Assembly (NCBI GenBank): GCA_951406725.2
Contig: OX597837.1
Coordinates: forward strand, 34,038,001-34,102,000
DNA: 64,000 nt
Direction of reading: 5' to 3'
From: Octopus vulgaris
Lineage: Eukaryota
A model generated the notes under the pieces. That model was given only the letters and a program-made list of their open reading frames with translations. It was not told the origin of the DNA and ran no database searches. Both the position numbers and the translations under genes were made by a program. Positions 1 to 13,438 of the stretch are shown in pieces; the stretch's first letter is position 1; every line of letters starts with the position of its first letter.

Positions 1-130
1 GTTTTTTTCTAAATCTACATAGTGTGTGCCCATCATGCTCGTGGGAAATAATAAAACCATCGTCATGGTATAGGCCAATGTCATGTGTTGGGTTAATGTA
101 TTTAGTATGAATAAGCCTGCAAGATGACAA

Positions 131-525
131 GAGTGGCTGTGTGGTAAGTAGCTTGCTAACCAACCACATGGTTCCGGGTTCAGTCTCACTGCGTGGCATC
201 TTGGGCAAGTGTCTTCTGCTATAGCCCCGGGCCGACCAATGCCTTGTGAGTGGATTTGGTAGACGGAAACTGAAAGAAGCCTGTCGTATATATGTATGTA
301 TGTGTGTGTGTGTGTGTTTGTCCCCCTAGCATTGCTTGACAACCGATGCTGGCTGGTGTGTTTACGTCCCCGTCACTTAGCGGTTCGGCAAAAGAGAGAC
401 CGATAGAATAAGTACTGGGCTTACAAAGAATAAGTCCCGGGGTCGATTTGCTCGGACTAAAGGCGGTGCTCCAGCATGGCCGCAGTCAAATGACTGAAAC
501 AAGTAAAAGAGTAAAGAGTAAAGAG
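131..525 (+). mobile_element. tRNA-derived SINE family A (Octopus-type; internal (TA)n(TG)n, AAAGAGT tail)
   Basis: A-box TGGCTGTGTGG, B-box-like GGTTCAGTC, CORE-like TTGGGCAAGTG; near-identical copies across the window. Confidence 0.9.
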
Positions 526-663
526 TATATATATACAATAATAAATCTCTGGGCGCTTCTGGTGACGCCGATGTTCGCCTGGGGCTAAATGCATCAGTAA
601 CACCCCCACCACCCCGCCCTGACCCTAGCCACATTCAGATGGCGGATCCCTCTTATGTTATAG

Positions 664-700
<37 letters not shown>

Positions 701-738
701 GGGGAAGAGGGGGGTTTCTAATATAAATGGTGGCTTAC

Positions 739-861
739 CTTTGGATTTTGTGTGAGCTGCTTGTGTGCAAAGTCGCTTTGTGAGATGATACTCGGCACCC
801 ATAATGTCTGAATATCGGCTGGAATCAGAGAGTGTGGGAGATGTAGGAGACTGAACCATTT
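739..861 (-). CDS. Candidate 123-nt exon of an unidentified gene (ATG at 859: MVQSPTSPTLSDSSRYSDIMGAEYHLTKRLCTQAAHTKSK, phase-1 donor)
   Basis: Minus strand reads (TTTC)n-TAG|AAATGG...CAAAG|GTAAGC: polypyrimidine tract, AG acceptor and consensus donor around unique, non-repetitive, stop-free sequence. Confidence 0.6.
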
Positions 862-1032
862 CTAGAAAGAAAGAAAGAAAGAAAGAAAGAAAATTTAATT
901 AATTTAGAAAACAAAAATGATGCAATAAAAATTACTCAAAGCGAAATAAAAAAACAAAACACAACAAACAAAAAAAATAAGAGAAAAATATAAACAAATA
1001 TGAAAACTGGAACAGTTTAGTTTTTCACCAAA

Positions 1033-1083
<51 letters not shown>

Positions 1084-1091
<8 letters not shown>

Positions 1092-1905
1092 GAGTGGAAG
1101 ACAGAGAGGAGAGTGAGAGGAGGAGGAACAAGATGGGAAAGAAATAGGGAGAGAGGAGAGAAAAGAGAGAGGAAGACAAGGAGGAGAGAGAAGAGGAGGA
1201 AGAGAGGAGAGTGAGAAAGATAGGAGAGGTAGTGAGAGAGGGCAAGAGAGAGAGGGAGAGTGGAAGAGAGAGAGAGAGAGAGTGGAAGACAGAGAGGAGA
1301 GTGAGAGGAGGAACAAGATGGGAAAGAAATAGGGAGAGAGGAGAGAAAAGAGAGAGGAAGACAAGGAGGGAGAGAGAAGAGGAGGAAGAGAGGAGAGTGA
1401 GAAGGATAGGAGAGGTAGTGAGAGAGGGCAAGAGAGAGATAGAGTGGAAGACAGAGAGGAGAGTGAGAGGAGGAACAAGATGGGAAAGAAATAGGGAGAG
1501 AGGAGAGAAAAGAGAGAGGAAGACAAGGAGGAGAGAGAAGAGGAGGAAGAGAGGAGAGTAAGAAAGATAGGAGAGGTAGTGAGAGAGGGCGAGAGAGAGA
1601 GAGTGGAAGACAGAGAGGAGAGTGAGAGGAGGAACAAGATGGAAAAGAAATAGGGAGAGAGGAGAGAAAAGAGAGAGGAAGACAAGGATGAGAGAGGAGA
1701 GTGAGGAAAGTGAGAAAGATAGGAGAGATAGTGAGAGATAGTGAGAGACAGAGAGGAAAGTGAGAGGAGGAGGAACAAGATGGGAAAGAAATAGGGAGAG
1801 AGGAGAGAAAAGAGAGAGGAAGACAATGAGGAGGGAGAGAGAAGAGGAGGAAGAGAGGAGAGTGAGAAAGATAGGAGAGATAGTGAGAGAGGGCAAGAGA
1901 GAGAG
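1084..1905. repeat. Purine-rich GA minisatellite, about 5 units of 160-190 bp
   Basis: Recurring GGAACAAGATGGGAAAGAAATAGGGAGAG unit; explains the Ser/Leu-rich pseudo-ORFs. Confidence 0.9.
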
Positions 1906-3036
1906 AAGAACGTGTGTGAAGGTGCTTGGTAGAGAAGGTTTTTTTTTCTCAGGAAAAGTAGATTGAATGGGGAACTCCCAGTATATTACTGGTATTTAAA
2001 TAGAGACCCCTAGAAGACTGAATGGCAAAGTCAGTGACGAACATCGAATGCCATGCGGTTGTTGGTCCCGGTTAGACCATCTTTTGATCATAGGTCTACT
2101 GGATTAGAATTGACCCATGGCTAAACAACAACAACAACAACAACAACTACCGAAGAGGCGGCGGCGGAGGCGGAGGCGGTGGTGGCAGTGACAACGGGCG
2201 TTGTAGTTAACACAACAATGCCATCTTTATTAGGTATTTTCGCGTTGTTGAAAACTGAGTCTTCGGATTGGCATGAAGTACAATCGTGTGGCCTCACAAA
2301 TACTAACTTGTTAGTTCCTTCAAGACACTTCCGATTTGGTAGGGAATTGGTCGGGAAGGTGGGTGGAACCTCGCCAAACTTTCCCCCTGTATACATTACA
2401 TAAAAAGAGAAGTCTTCAAGTTGGTTGCGCCCCTTATCACGCCCCCCCACTCTCTCTCTTTCTCTCTTAACATGTATGTATATACGCATATATGTATGTA
2501 CGCATTGTGTGTGTGTGTGTGTGTGTGAAGATTTCCAAAAATAGCAGACACACACTTGCATACATACAAACACACAAGAAAAACAAACACGGATTTGTGT
2601 GTGTGTGTGCGAGCTTTGAAATTACAGATAGCAAGTTTTCAAAACTATTCACACACGTACACAAAAACACACACCAGTACATATATGTGTGTGTGTGTAC
2701 GTGTGTGTACACACACATGTATGTGTGTATATACACACACGTATGGGAGTCGGAAAGTAATGCAATTTTTTTATTTGCCTTACTTTTTCACTCGCCATTG
2801 TATGTATGTGTGTGTGCGTGTATATACACACATACACAGACATACAGTGTGTATGTGTGTATGAACGTGTATATATATATATATATGTATGTACACACAC
2901 ATACACACAATGAAGTTAGTGTCAAGAGAGAGAACATCTGCTCAATTACTTCTCTTGAAACACACAACTGTAAATTCTATCAAGAGTGAGAGAGAGAGTT
3001 TATGAGTGTGTACGTGAGCGTGTATGTATCAGTGTA

Positions 3037-3079
<43 letters not shown>

Positions 3080-3664
3080 TAGAGAGAGAGAAGCAGTAGC
3101 TTTATCGTTTCAATTTATCACATGTTAAATGTGAATGAGATACTTGTTTAAGATTTAAAGTTTCGCTTTTTTTTTTTCCTTCTTTTCTTCTAATTAAATA
3201 AATGTTAAAACCCAACGAACTTGCTTCCAAAATAACTGACGAAGTCAATGCATATATTATATCTACAAGGATACACACACATTGTGTGTGTGTGTGTGAG
3301 AGAGAGAAAGAGAGAGAGAGAGAGAAAGAGAGAAGAGTACTCAATACAAATTATAGAACCTATTTGTTCACGTCAAGTGAAAAGCGTTAAGTAAAGACCA
3401 ATTAAATCCGCGGATCCGAACGTGTGCGCGCGCGTGTGTGTGTGTGTGCGTGTGTGTGTGCGTCCCTGTAACTTAGCAGTTCGGTAAACGATTCCGATAG
3501 AATAAGTATCAGACTTAAAGAAAAAGAAAAGAATAAAAAAAACGTTGCCTTGTTAGGCGTCACATTGATCGAATCGGAACCGACACCCCTCTGCGACCGC
3601 TGCCGCCATCACCAACAACAACGCTGCGATAATGTGTATATCTATCTATCTATATCTCTCTATA

Positions 3665-3733
<69 letters not shown>

Positions 3734-3832
3734 TTTAATCATGTCAAAGGGAAATGGAAATTAATTAAAATTAAAACATTCAATCAAAATTTACATTTCC
3801 AGTGGTCTAACGTGCAAAAAAATTAGTCAAGA

Positions 3833-4443
<611 letters not shown>

Positions 4444-4735
4444 TGTGTGTGTGTGTGTGTGTGTCTATCTGTCTGTCTGAAGCCAAACGTGCATGTATAG
4501 AGCTCATGCTTACCTCGTACCACCGAAACATCCCAGGCCTACTGAATGATTCGGTTAGAGAGGCCACACAATTTAAAGGCATGTCACTCAGTCACATAAG
4601 GTGGCACGCATATTTTTCACTCACTTATAACAATGACTCTTATATGACGGGTCTTGTCAAAAGTTATTGTTTTAAATGAATACAGTCATTGTACCGAGCG
4701 CCTTGCTTAAAACTGTGGGTTTTCCCGGAATTTTA

Positions 4736-4769
<34 letters not shown>

Positions 4770-4771
<2 letters not shown>

Positions 4772-5098
4772 AAAAATGGAACGAGAACGCAACAGTCGAT
4801 AATATAACATCCGGACAGACGGACAATACAAAAGATGGACAGGAAAAACAAAAAAAAAAACCGACAGGAAGAACCAAGGACGAGTCATTCGCAGCGTTTG
4901 CTCATCAGTCAAGCTTCCAGATCGTCCTTATAGTTTCGGCCGGTTACATTTGAGACTGTTCAAATCTGGCTGGCCCCCAAAATCTAAGCTGAAAGCAATA
5001 ATTTGGGGGTTGGGGGAAGAAAGCAACAAAGACCAAAAGAACCCCCCCCCAAAAAAACAAGAAAATAACAACAGGTGTCTTTCGACAAATAAAGTTGA
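4770..5098 (-). mobile_element. Probable PLE-like interspersed element between (TA)n tracts
   Basis: Bounded by (TA)n on both sides; minus strand has CCGAAAC...CTGATGA-GCA-AACGC-TGC-GAAT. Confidence 0.4.
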
Positions 5099-5099
5099 G

Positions 5100-5130
<31 letters not shown>

Positions 5131-5133
<3 letters not shown>

Positions 5134-5494
5134 TTATATATAAAAGTGAAGTTGTGTATCTGTCTCCTACGATTTAGATTCCTAACTACTCCCACATTTT
5201 GCGGTGCAGTTTAACCAAAACCGGGTATCTTATAGCCGTGATTCATATCGAGCCCTTCTGGGTATTAGCGCGTGTCTACGATGAGTCTACGATTTAAAAA
5301 AAATTTACCATAATTTTTTTCCATTTTAATGCATTTTTTCGCTATTATATAAGGGAAGTAACTCTCTAAAAATGTCTACGATGAGTCAACGATTTAAAAA
5401 AAAAATTACTATCTTTTTTTGGCTATAACTCTCTAAAAATGATTATATAGTTATTTCCCTTACAAACCCGAGCAACGCCGGGCGATACTGCTAG
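5131..5494 (+). mobile_element. Non-autonomous Helitron
   Basis: 5' TC, 3' hairpin CCCG-AGCAACGC-CGGG then CTAG, inserted between A and T, no TSD. Confidence 0.85.
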
Positions 5495-5498
5495 TATA

Positions 5499-5554
<56 letters not shown>

Positions 5555-5850
5555 GACTAACTGAGTGTCTGGTCATTGTCGGATAATTTTCGCAACAGAA
5601 CGCCTTGAAAGATTTTCAAAATAGCACACTCATCTAAGTGGCATTTTCTTCGTTGAGGAAGATTTTCCAAATTTCCCTCACCTTTGCAAATGATAGGAGG
5701 AAGCTTTTTATATAAAAAAAAATAAATTAAAATATGAAAATTTATTATCCCCCTCTCTCCAGACCGATTTTGTCCATTTGTTTTTTTGCACTATCCAGTT
5801 TAAAACAATGGAAGACGCTTTTTATTTCAAACTATCCCATCCCCTAATCA

Positions 5851-6456
5851 ATACCTATTTCTTTATTACCCACAAGGGGCTAAACACAGAGGGGACAAAC
5901 AAGGACAGACATAAGTATTAAGGTCGATTACATCGACCCCAGTGCGTAACTGGTACTTAATTTATCGACCCCGAAAGGATGAAAGGCAAAGTCGACCTCG
6001 GCGGAATTTGAACTCACAACGTAACGCAGACGAAATACCTATTTCTTTATTACCCACAAGGGGCTAAACACAGAGAGGACAAACAAGGACAGACATAGGT
6101 ATTAAGTCGATTACATCGACCCCAGTGCGTAACTGGTACTTAATTTATCGACCCCGAAAGGATGAAAGGCAAAGTCGACCTCGGCGGAATTTGAACTCAC
6201 AACGTAACGCAGACGAAATACCTATTTCTTTATTACCCACAAGGGGCTAAACACAGAGGGGACAAACAAGGACAGACATAGGTATTAAGTCGATTACATC
6301 GACCCCAGTGCGTAACTGGTACTTAATTTATCGACCCCCGAAAGGATGAAAGACAAAGTCGACCTCGGTGGAATTTGAACTCAGAACGTAGCGGCAGACG
6401 AAATACCGCTAAGCATTTCGCCCGGCGTGCTAACGTTTCTGCCAGCTCGCCGCCTT
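5851..6456 (-). mobile_element. SINE family B: one head plus three tandem bodies of about 183 bp
   Basis: Head GGCGGCGAGCTGGCAGAAACG; body with GTCGACTTTGCCTTTCATCCTTTCGGGGTCGATAAA; units start at 5851, 6035, 6218. Confidence 0.9.
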
Positions 6457-6600
6457 AAATACCGATTTTGTCCAATTTGTTTTTAACGATAGAAGCCTTT
6501 GAAGGTTTAAATTTTTTTCCAAAATCACAGATCGCCATTACAATTCCCACTTCTTTATTTTCAAACTGAAAATGAAATGTAATTTAATAACAATAATGAA

Positions 6601-7049
6601 CTCTTACTCTCTTACTTGTTTCAGTCATTTGACTGCGGCCATGCTGGAGCACCGCCTTTAGTCGATCAAATCGACCCCGGGACTTATTCTATCAGTCTCT
6701 TTTGCCGAACCGCTAGTTGACGGGGACGTAAACACACCAGCATCGGTTGTCAAGCAATGCTAGGGAGACAAACATATACGCACACACATATATATCGAAA
6801 CGTAGAGTAGATGAAACCATAGCGACTGAAGAAGGGGTTTTTCTTTTTCCTTGTGTTATTTGTCCTGTACTCTATTTTTTTGTTGTTTAAAAAATGTCCA
6901 GTTCCTTGGGTTTGTGTCTATGTTTTCGTTTCTCATTGTGTTCGACGTCTTTTTGGTGTCCTGTACTCATATATGCGTGTATATATACATGTAGAGGTAG
7001 GTACGTACATATATGTATATATATATATGCATATGTTTTATTTTATTTA

Positions 7050-7098
<49 letters not shown>

Positions 7099-7256
7099 GA
7101 AAGGCTTCTTTCAGTTTCCGTCTACCAAATCCACTCACAAGGCATTGGTCGGCCCGGGGCTATAGCAGAAGACACTTGCCCAAGATGCCACGCAGTGGGA
7201 CTGAACCCGGAACCATGTGATTGTTTAGCAAGCTACTTACCACACAGCCACTCCTG
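6601..7256 (-). mobile_element. SINE family A interrupted in its internal TA tract by another element (6795-7052)
   Basis: Tail at 6601-6790 and head at 7097-7256 match family A. Confidence 0.88.
6795..7052 (+). mobile_element. TA-associated element family P2 (GAAAC...CTGAAGAAGGGG head)
   Basis: Near-identical copy at 53819-54066; relatives at 50710-51026 and 48030-48170. Confidence 0.75.
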
Positions 7257-7917
7257 TATATATATATATATATAGGTCTATATGTGTCTGTTTGCATGTA
7301 TGTATAAAGTAATGTTTATATATATATACACACACAAACGTAAGTGGGAGTATGCGCAGAATGTCAAGTTTTTTTTATTTTTTAAACACGCACTCTCTGT
7401 CCTATCTTATCTGTCTGTCTGTGTGTCTATAACGCTGGCCCAAGGTGTCCGTATGTGTGGGGTTCGTTTATCTCCTCCCTATCTATTAAATGTGGGCGTG
7501 ACGACATCCAGACAACGAAACATTGGTCTTGTTGTTGTTGTGGTTGTTGTTGGAATTTATCAGCTACTAATCACCCTCCCCCCCTTCACTGCACCTATCC
7601 TCTCCCCCCAGCTCCCGGTAATGAACACGCCACCGCCACCGCCACCACCACCACCACTACCTGCTACTCTCGCTTGGCCCTAACAATGGACCAAGTGTGT
7701 ACTTGCCCACAGCCCTAAGCTGACACTGCCTGGTTTACACACACACACACACGTACACTCACATTAGCGCGCGCACAAACACACACATATATAGACGTAC
7801 GCATGCACGTACACACATTGATACTAAAGTCGGCATTAAAGGAAGCAAAGATTGAACTTGAGAGAGAGAGAGCGCGCAGAAGCTTTTATGTGCCAAATCT
7901 CAAATGTTAGGGAAAAA

Positions 7918-8070
7918 ATACCTATTTCTTTATTACCCACAAGGGGCTAAACATAGAGGGGACAAACAAGGACAGACATAGATATTAAGTCGATTACATC
8001 GACCCCAGTGTGTAACTGGTACTTAATTTATCGACCCCGAAAGGATGAAAGGCAAAGTCGACCTCGGCGG
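7918..8070 (-). mobile_element. SINE family B, 5'-truncated
   Basis: Matches the 5851 unit. Confidence 0.85.
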
Positions 8071-8081
8071 GATTGAGTGTT

Positions 8082-8273
8082 CAGGGTTGGTGCATAATTA
8101 TTGCGGCTTTTTTTTTTTCGACAAATTTTATTCAACAAAAACAATAACAATATTTAACAAAAGCATCGTTAAATGACGGTCTGACCGGAATAATTATTTA
8201 AAGATGTTTGTTTTTGCTGAAGAAAATTTGTTTTTTTTTAAAAAAAAGCCGCAATAATTATGCACCAACCCAA
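8082..8273. mobile_element. mariner-type MITE
   Basis: TIR GGGTTGGTGCATAATTATTGCGGC / GCCGCAATAATTATGCACCAACCC, similar to Hsmar1/MADE1-type TIRs. Confidence 0.85.
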
Positions 8274-8499
8274 ATAGTTCTGAATGGACACTGGTCTATT
8301 GGAGAGCTGACTTCAGGCGATCCCCTTACGAGCAACCACGAACCTTTACGTGGTTCGACTACCTGTTGGACATAACTTACAAATATCCCTCAAATCACAA
8401 CCTACTTCTGTAGTAAACGTGTTGGTGAAGGATTATCAATCTGAGCAAAATACTTTATAAGCTCTCCGTTAAATACACCAGGCTAACAACACTGTAAAG

Positions 8500-8548
<49 letters not shown>

Positions 8549-8549
<1 letters not shown>

Positions 8550-8674
8550 TTAATCCAAACGTGAACAAAGAAAGAAGGAGGATTTTAACGTTTCGAGCAG
8601 AGCTCTTCGTCAGAAACATAGAAAAAGGAAAGGAAGACGGAGAAAGAAAATCGCTAACGATACACACGCGGTCA
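8549..8674 (-). mobile_element. Hammerhead-bearing element family P1 (internally deleted)
   Basis: GTTAATCCAAAC...CGCGGTCA ends; minus-strand CUGACGA-A-GAGC-UCU-GCUC-GAAAC-GUU at about 8583-8617. Confidence 0.8.
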
Positions 8675-8786
8675 TACACACACACACTTTATCATTTTTA
8701 AAGCTACAATAATTACACAAAAATTACTGCTACTCAGAGTTTCACGTCCCCGTTCGAAGGACGGTTTAGATTATATACACACAATC

Positions 8787-8953
8787 GGCGCAGGATTGGC
8801 TGTGTGGTAAGTAGCTTGTTTACCAGCCACATGGTTCCGGGTTCAGTCCCACTGCGTGGCACCTTGGGAAAGTGTCTTCTACTATTGCCTCGGGCCGACC
8901 AAAGCCTTGTGAGTGGATTTGGTAGACGGAAACTGAAAGAAGCCCGTCGTATA

Positions 8954-9014
<61 letters not shown>

Positions 9015-9213
9015 TTGTGTGTCTGTGTTTGTCCCCCTAGCATTGCTTGACAACCGATGCTGGTGTGTTTATGTCCCCGTTACTTAGCGGTTCGGCAAAA
9101 GAGACCGATAGAATAAGTACTGGGCTTACAAAAGAATAAGTCCCGGGGTCGAGTTGCTCGATTAAAGGCGGTGCTCCAGCATGGCCGCAGTCAAATGACT
9201 GAAACAAGTAAAA
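8787..9213 (+). mobile_element. SINE family A, full length
   Basis: Matches family consensus seen in window. Confidence 0.9.
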
Positions 9214-10788
9214 TTTTAAAATTTCAGAAATGGTGGTTGAACAGCGGAAATTAAGTACGATTTCGCTTTCACATATCACGTGTGTGACTCTCCACGCGCT
9301 GCGTTCGACTCTCACTGAAATGAGGCCACACGATAAAATTAGAACCAAAACTTATAGAACTATAAAAAGAAATACAAAATCTCTTTCTTCCTACGCGCCA
9401 CATTCTCTCTCAACAGGAAGTAACAATGGCTAATACAAGAGATGTGATTGTCATAGTTTAAAATAAATATATACACTATCGCCATGTATTGAGTACTTTC
9501 AACTTCATATTGTTTTTAAACAAGGAACATACCATACCACATGTTTATCTCTTGTTCCAGTCACTGGACTGCGACCATGCTGGGGCACCGTGGTGAATGG
9601 TTTTAGTCGGACAGATCGACCCCAGGACTTAATTTAAGTTTGTAAATTTATTCTTATTTGTTCGTCTTTATTGCCGAACCGCTGCATTAGGGGACGTAAA
9701 CAAACCAACACCGATTGTCAAGCGGTGGTGGTGCTGCTGGGGGAGGACAGACAAAACACATACACACGTGACAGGATTCCTCTCAGTTTCCATCGACCAA
9801 GTCCACTCACAAGGTTTTGGTCCGCCTGAGGCTAGAGTCGCAGAAACTTACCTAAGATGCCACACGATGGGACTGAACCTGGAACCACACGGCGATTTGG
9901 TATGTTTCACACCTTATCGACTACAGCGAGAATGCTTTTTTTTTTTTTATTGTTGTTGCCTTACGGGTTCGAATATGTGTGGGGCGTATTTGAACTGGAG
10001 ACAAGTTTAGATAAATCACCGCTTAGCGCACTTCTAATCCGTATATACACACGGGTGTATGTGTGCGTACACACACACACACATACATAACATGTGTAAA
10101 AGGCTCCTCAACACACACACACACATATAAATACTGTGCGTGTGTGTGACCCCGTCCGTCCAGTCAGTTGACTGATAGATTTGACAGATTTCATGTTATG
10201 TCAGGTGTATTGAGTGATATTTCGGCATGTCGTGTGTGTGTATGTATATATATATATATATATATATATTCACAAATAGATACACGTCCGTTTTCGTTTG
10301 CCTTTTATACATATACATATACACTGTTGGAAAAAGCGAAATGGTGCAATAGTTTTTTGGTGAGGTGGTGGTGGTGGTGGTTGGGGCGGAATGTAAGTTC
10401 GTATTTGGTTACGAGTGTGCTGACACGAACACAAACTGACACGCGCACACACAGACACTACAGGCGGCATACAAAGTACACATTCTTACATACATATATG
10501 ACTTCAGACAACATGCTCCTAAACACACACACACACACACATAGTCCAATACACAAAGCTATTGATATAGAAACAGACACCGACTCACACTGAACCAAGC
10601 TCATAAAATGATATGCTAAACATGTATGTCAAGAGTTGCTTAGCTTAATGGGTACAGGACGCTTAACCGGAATTTGAGAGGCTCGAGGTTCGGTTCTCTC
10701 TAGCAGAATTCGGCCGACGTCAACCTTGCCTTTCATCCTTGTGTCAAATTTTGAAACGTTCTTACTCGAATGCACACACACACACACA

Positions 10789-10969
10789 CAAGGGCATAGC
10801 TAGGATAAATGGTGCCCAGGGCAAGCATCAAAATTGCGCCACCACCACCAAATAGTGGAAACTCGCATAGAAATGGCTTAACTAGAAAATGATCTTGGCC
10901 AAAATTTCGTCCCTTCAAAGAGGTGCCCAAGGCATGTGCCCTATTTGTCCCACCCTAGCTACGCCCCTG
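10789..10969. mobile_element. hAT-like MITE
   Basis: TIR CAAGGGCATAGCTAGG / CCTAGCTACGCCCCTG; approximate 8-bp TSD cacacaca/cacataca. Confidence 0.7.
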
Positions 10970-11011
10970 CACATACACACATACGATCAGGTCTGCAACA
11001 TACGATGGCAG

Positions 11012-11376
11012 GTCTTCTAGTCCGAAGTCCACGAGAAAGAGCGACAGGCTCTTCTTAAGAGGGTACACGAACCGGTTTTTGAACGATAGTCTCGTGTGCA
11101 CTTGGGGCAAGACGACGAGTCTTTCCTTTTTTTGGCGTTTCTCATCCGTCGCAGTTGCTCTGGATGTCTCAAAAGTTGCTTGCAACCGTCTGGTTACAAT
11201 CTAACCACACCTTCCTCTGTACTGCGACCCCCTCCCACCCCTATAGGTCTATTCCTGTCCGGGTGAGCAGGCTTTGCAGCCGTCTTTCAAACGCTTCCAA
11301 AGGGCTCCCCTGTCTCTTTTACTCTGGCTGAGCTCGCAGTACAATGCGACTTTCGGCATTTTGGATTTGTCCAGAA
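11012..11376 (-). pseudogene. Degraded 3' end of an RTE-clade (BovB-like) LINE ORF
   Basis: Frameshifted translation MPKVALYCELSQSKRDRGALWKRLKD...FETSRATATDEKRQK...CPKCTRDYRSKTG resembles the RTE C-terminus and its zinc-finger-like tail. Confidence 0.7.
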
Positions 11377-13438
11377 TATAGACAATATATAAACACATAC
11401 AACAAACACACATACACTCAACAAAGATACACACACACACACGCAACATACAGCACACGAAAGCACAAACACATATTGAAGACCATGTGTTTATTCGACC
11501 TACTAACTAGAAATAGCAGCCAAATCTCCCTCTGTACCTCACTCTTATCGCCTAATTGAATATACTGACAATTCTGTACTGGATATACGTCAGGAAAAAA
11601 ATAATAATAAAAGAATATAGTCATATTTTTCTATTTTTGTTTTTAGTTTTAACACTTGTTTCGATTTTTTCGTAATTACTAAAAACACTACCAGTTTTTC
11701 AAGAAATTAATATTCAGAAATTTACAAACTTTTAAGATTGAATTTTTTATAATTTTAGCGCTTTCAACAACATCGTCATGGTGTGTAGAGAATAAATGGA
11801 TCTGATTAACTAATTCTGTTTAATTTTTTTTACGATTTTCGAGACGAGACGCTACGAAACATGTTTCTTTCTTATTTTTATACACCTGAAAGGTATTTGT
11901 GGAAAATTTCATTTAAAAATATCTATTTTTCTTAAACTTATGAGGTAGTTATGAGGGGGCCACATTTGTGTAGGTATGCCAAAAGGTAGAAATATTTAAT
12001 GAAAGAAAACGAAAGAAAACTAGTTATCTACATTTGACAATGAAATTTGGTTATGCACTACAAACCCTTTCTATTAGCCTGACCTCAAAAATAGTCATAA
12101 CTAGTTGCTATGGGAACGTATACAAATAATATGGCAATTGCTATCGTCTGCTGGATGGTATGTCAAAAATGAATGAATCTGATTGGCTGAAATTATTTTT
12201 AAAAATTCAATCTTTAAAGACTTGTAAGGTTATTATTATTATTTCTTATCCAAATGGTCTTCATTTTGTAACTGGCATGAACAACTACGTGTATAGAAAA
12301 TTTCAATGAAATTGGAACAAATGTGTCAAAGCGTCACGGCTGGAACGACGGTCAAACGTTAAAAAATATAATAAACTAGAAACAGCATTTGTCTAAGTAG
12401 TACGCTCCCCACCACTGTAGGACACAACACAATATACATACATAACGTTTGTAATACGCCGACGAAGGAGTCTCAACGTGGTCGCTCAATCAGCTAGAAA
12501 TAACACCCAAATCTCTCAAATCTCATCCCACTGTCTTGCTTGAACCGCTACATGATCAATCGACTTGTTAGAAATAACAGTAAAATCTCTTTGAAATGAC
12601 ATCATGCCGAATAATTTTTACTCTCGCATTCCGTATCACGAGAAAAATGCTGACTCTGGTCAGCGAGGCCAAGGAATTGAGTGATAAAACGTTTTGTACA
12701 AAAAAATTCAGATTAAAGAAAGGAAAAAAAAAAAAATTTGCACTCCTCTCCCAATCCCAAGCTCGATTCCCAGAAAATTTTGGCATATCTACACAGGTTG
12801 CACATTCCCGGCTTTATTTCGTAATAATTGTTAGAGAAATGGATAATTTTAATGAAATTTTCTACAACAAATACGGCCTAGAAAGCGATTTTAGCGGACT
12901 TCAATGTGAAAACATTTTCGGACATGGTGGAACGGGAAGAAGAGTTTCGGATAATTCAAACGAATCGATTTTGTTTCCTCACATCTTTCAGAAAAATATA
13001 GGCATATTTAATGAAACTTTCTACAACAAATACTTTTTAGATGGTGTAGTTACGACTGTATGGGAATTTAATGTGAAAAAAAAAAAGACTTGGCGGGCGC
13101 GTATACATACATACTGACATACATCACAATTTTTTCAAGTTTAATTTGGTATATATATATATATATATTTAAATTATGTGTGTCAGTAAGTATGTGTGCA
13201 CCTGCTAATTCCCCTCCCCAATTAAATTCCAGTGTAATCAGAATCTACATCACCAGAAAGGTATTCGTAGAAAATTTCATTAAAAAAAAAAATTCATTTT
13301 TCAGAAAGTTATGAGGTGACAAAGACGGGGGAGGGGGAACACACTAATGTAGTTATGCATAATTATTTTACTATTACACCAGTCTTAAAAAAGGAAGGGT
13401 ACATTCGATAAAGTAGGGCTAGATACACTGTCTTAAAT

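Noticed and set aside
904-1966. 330-aa and 269-aa Ser/Leu-rich ORFs
   Set aside because: Translation of the GA minisatellite; open in several frames
12596-13117. 173-aa ORF
   Set aside because: AT-rich with internal duplications shared with 11890-11945 and 13260-13320; looks like an old DNA element, no protein motif
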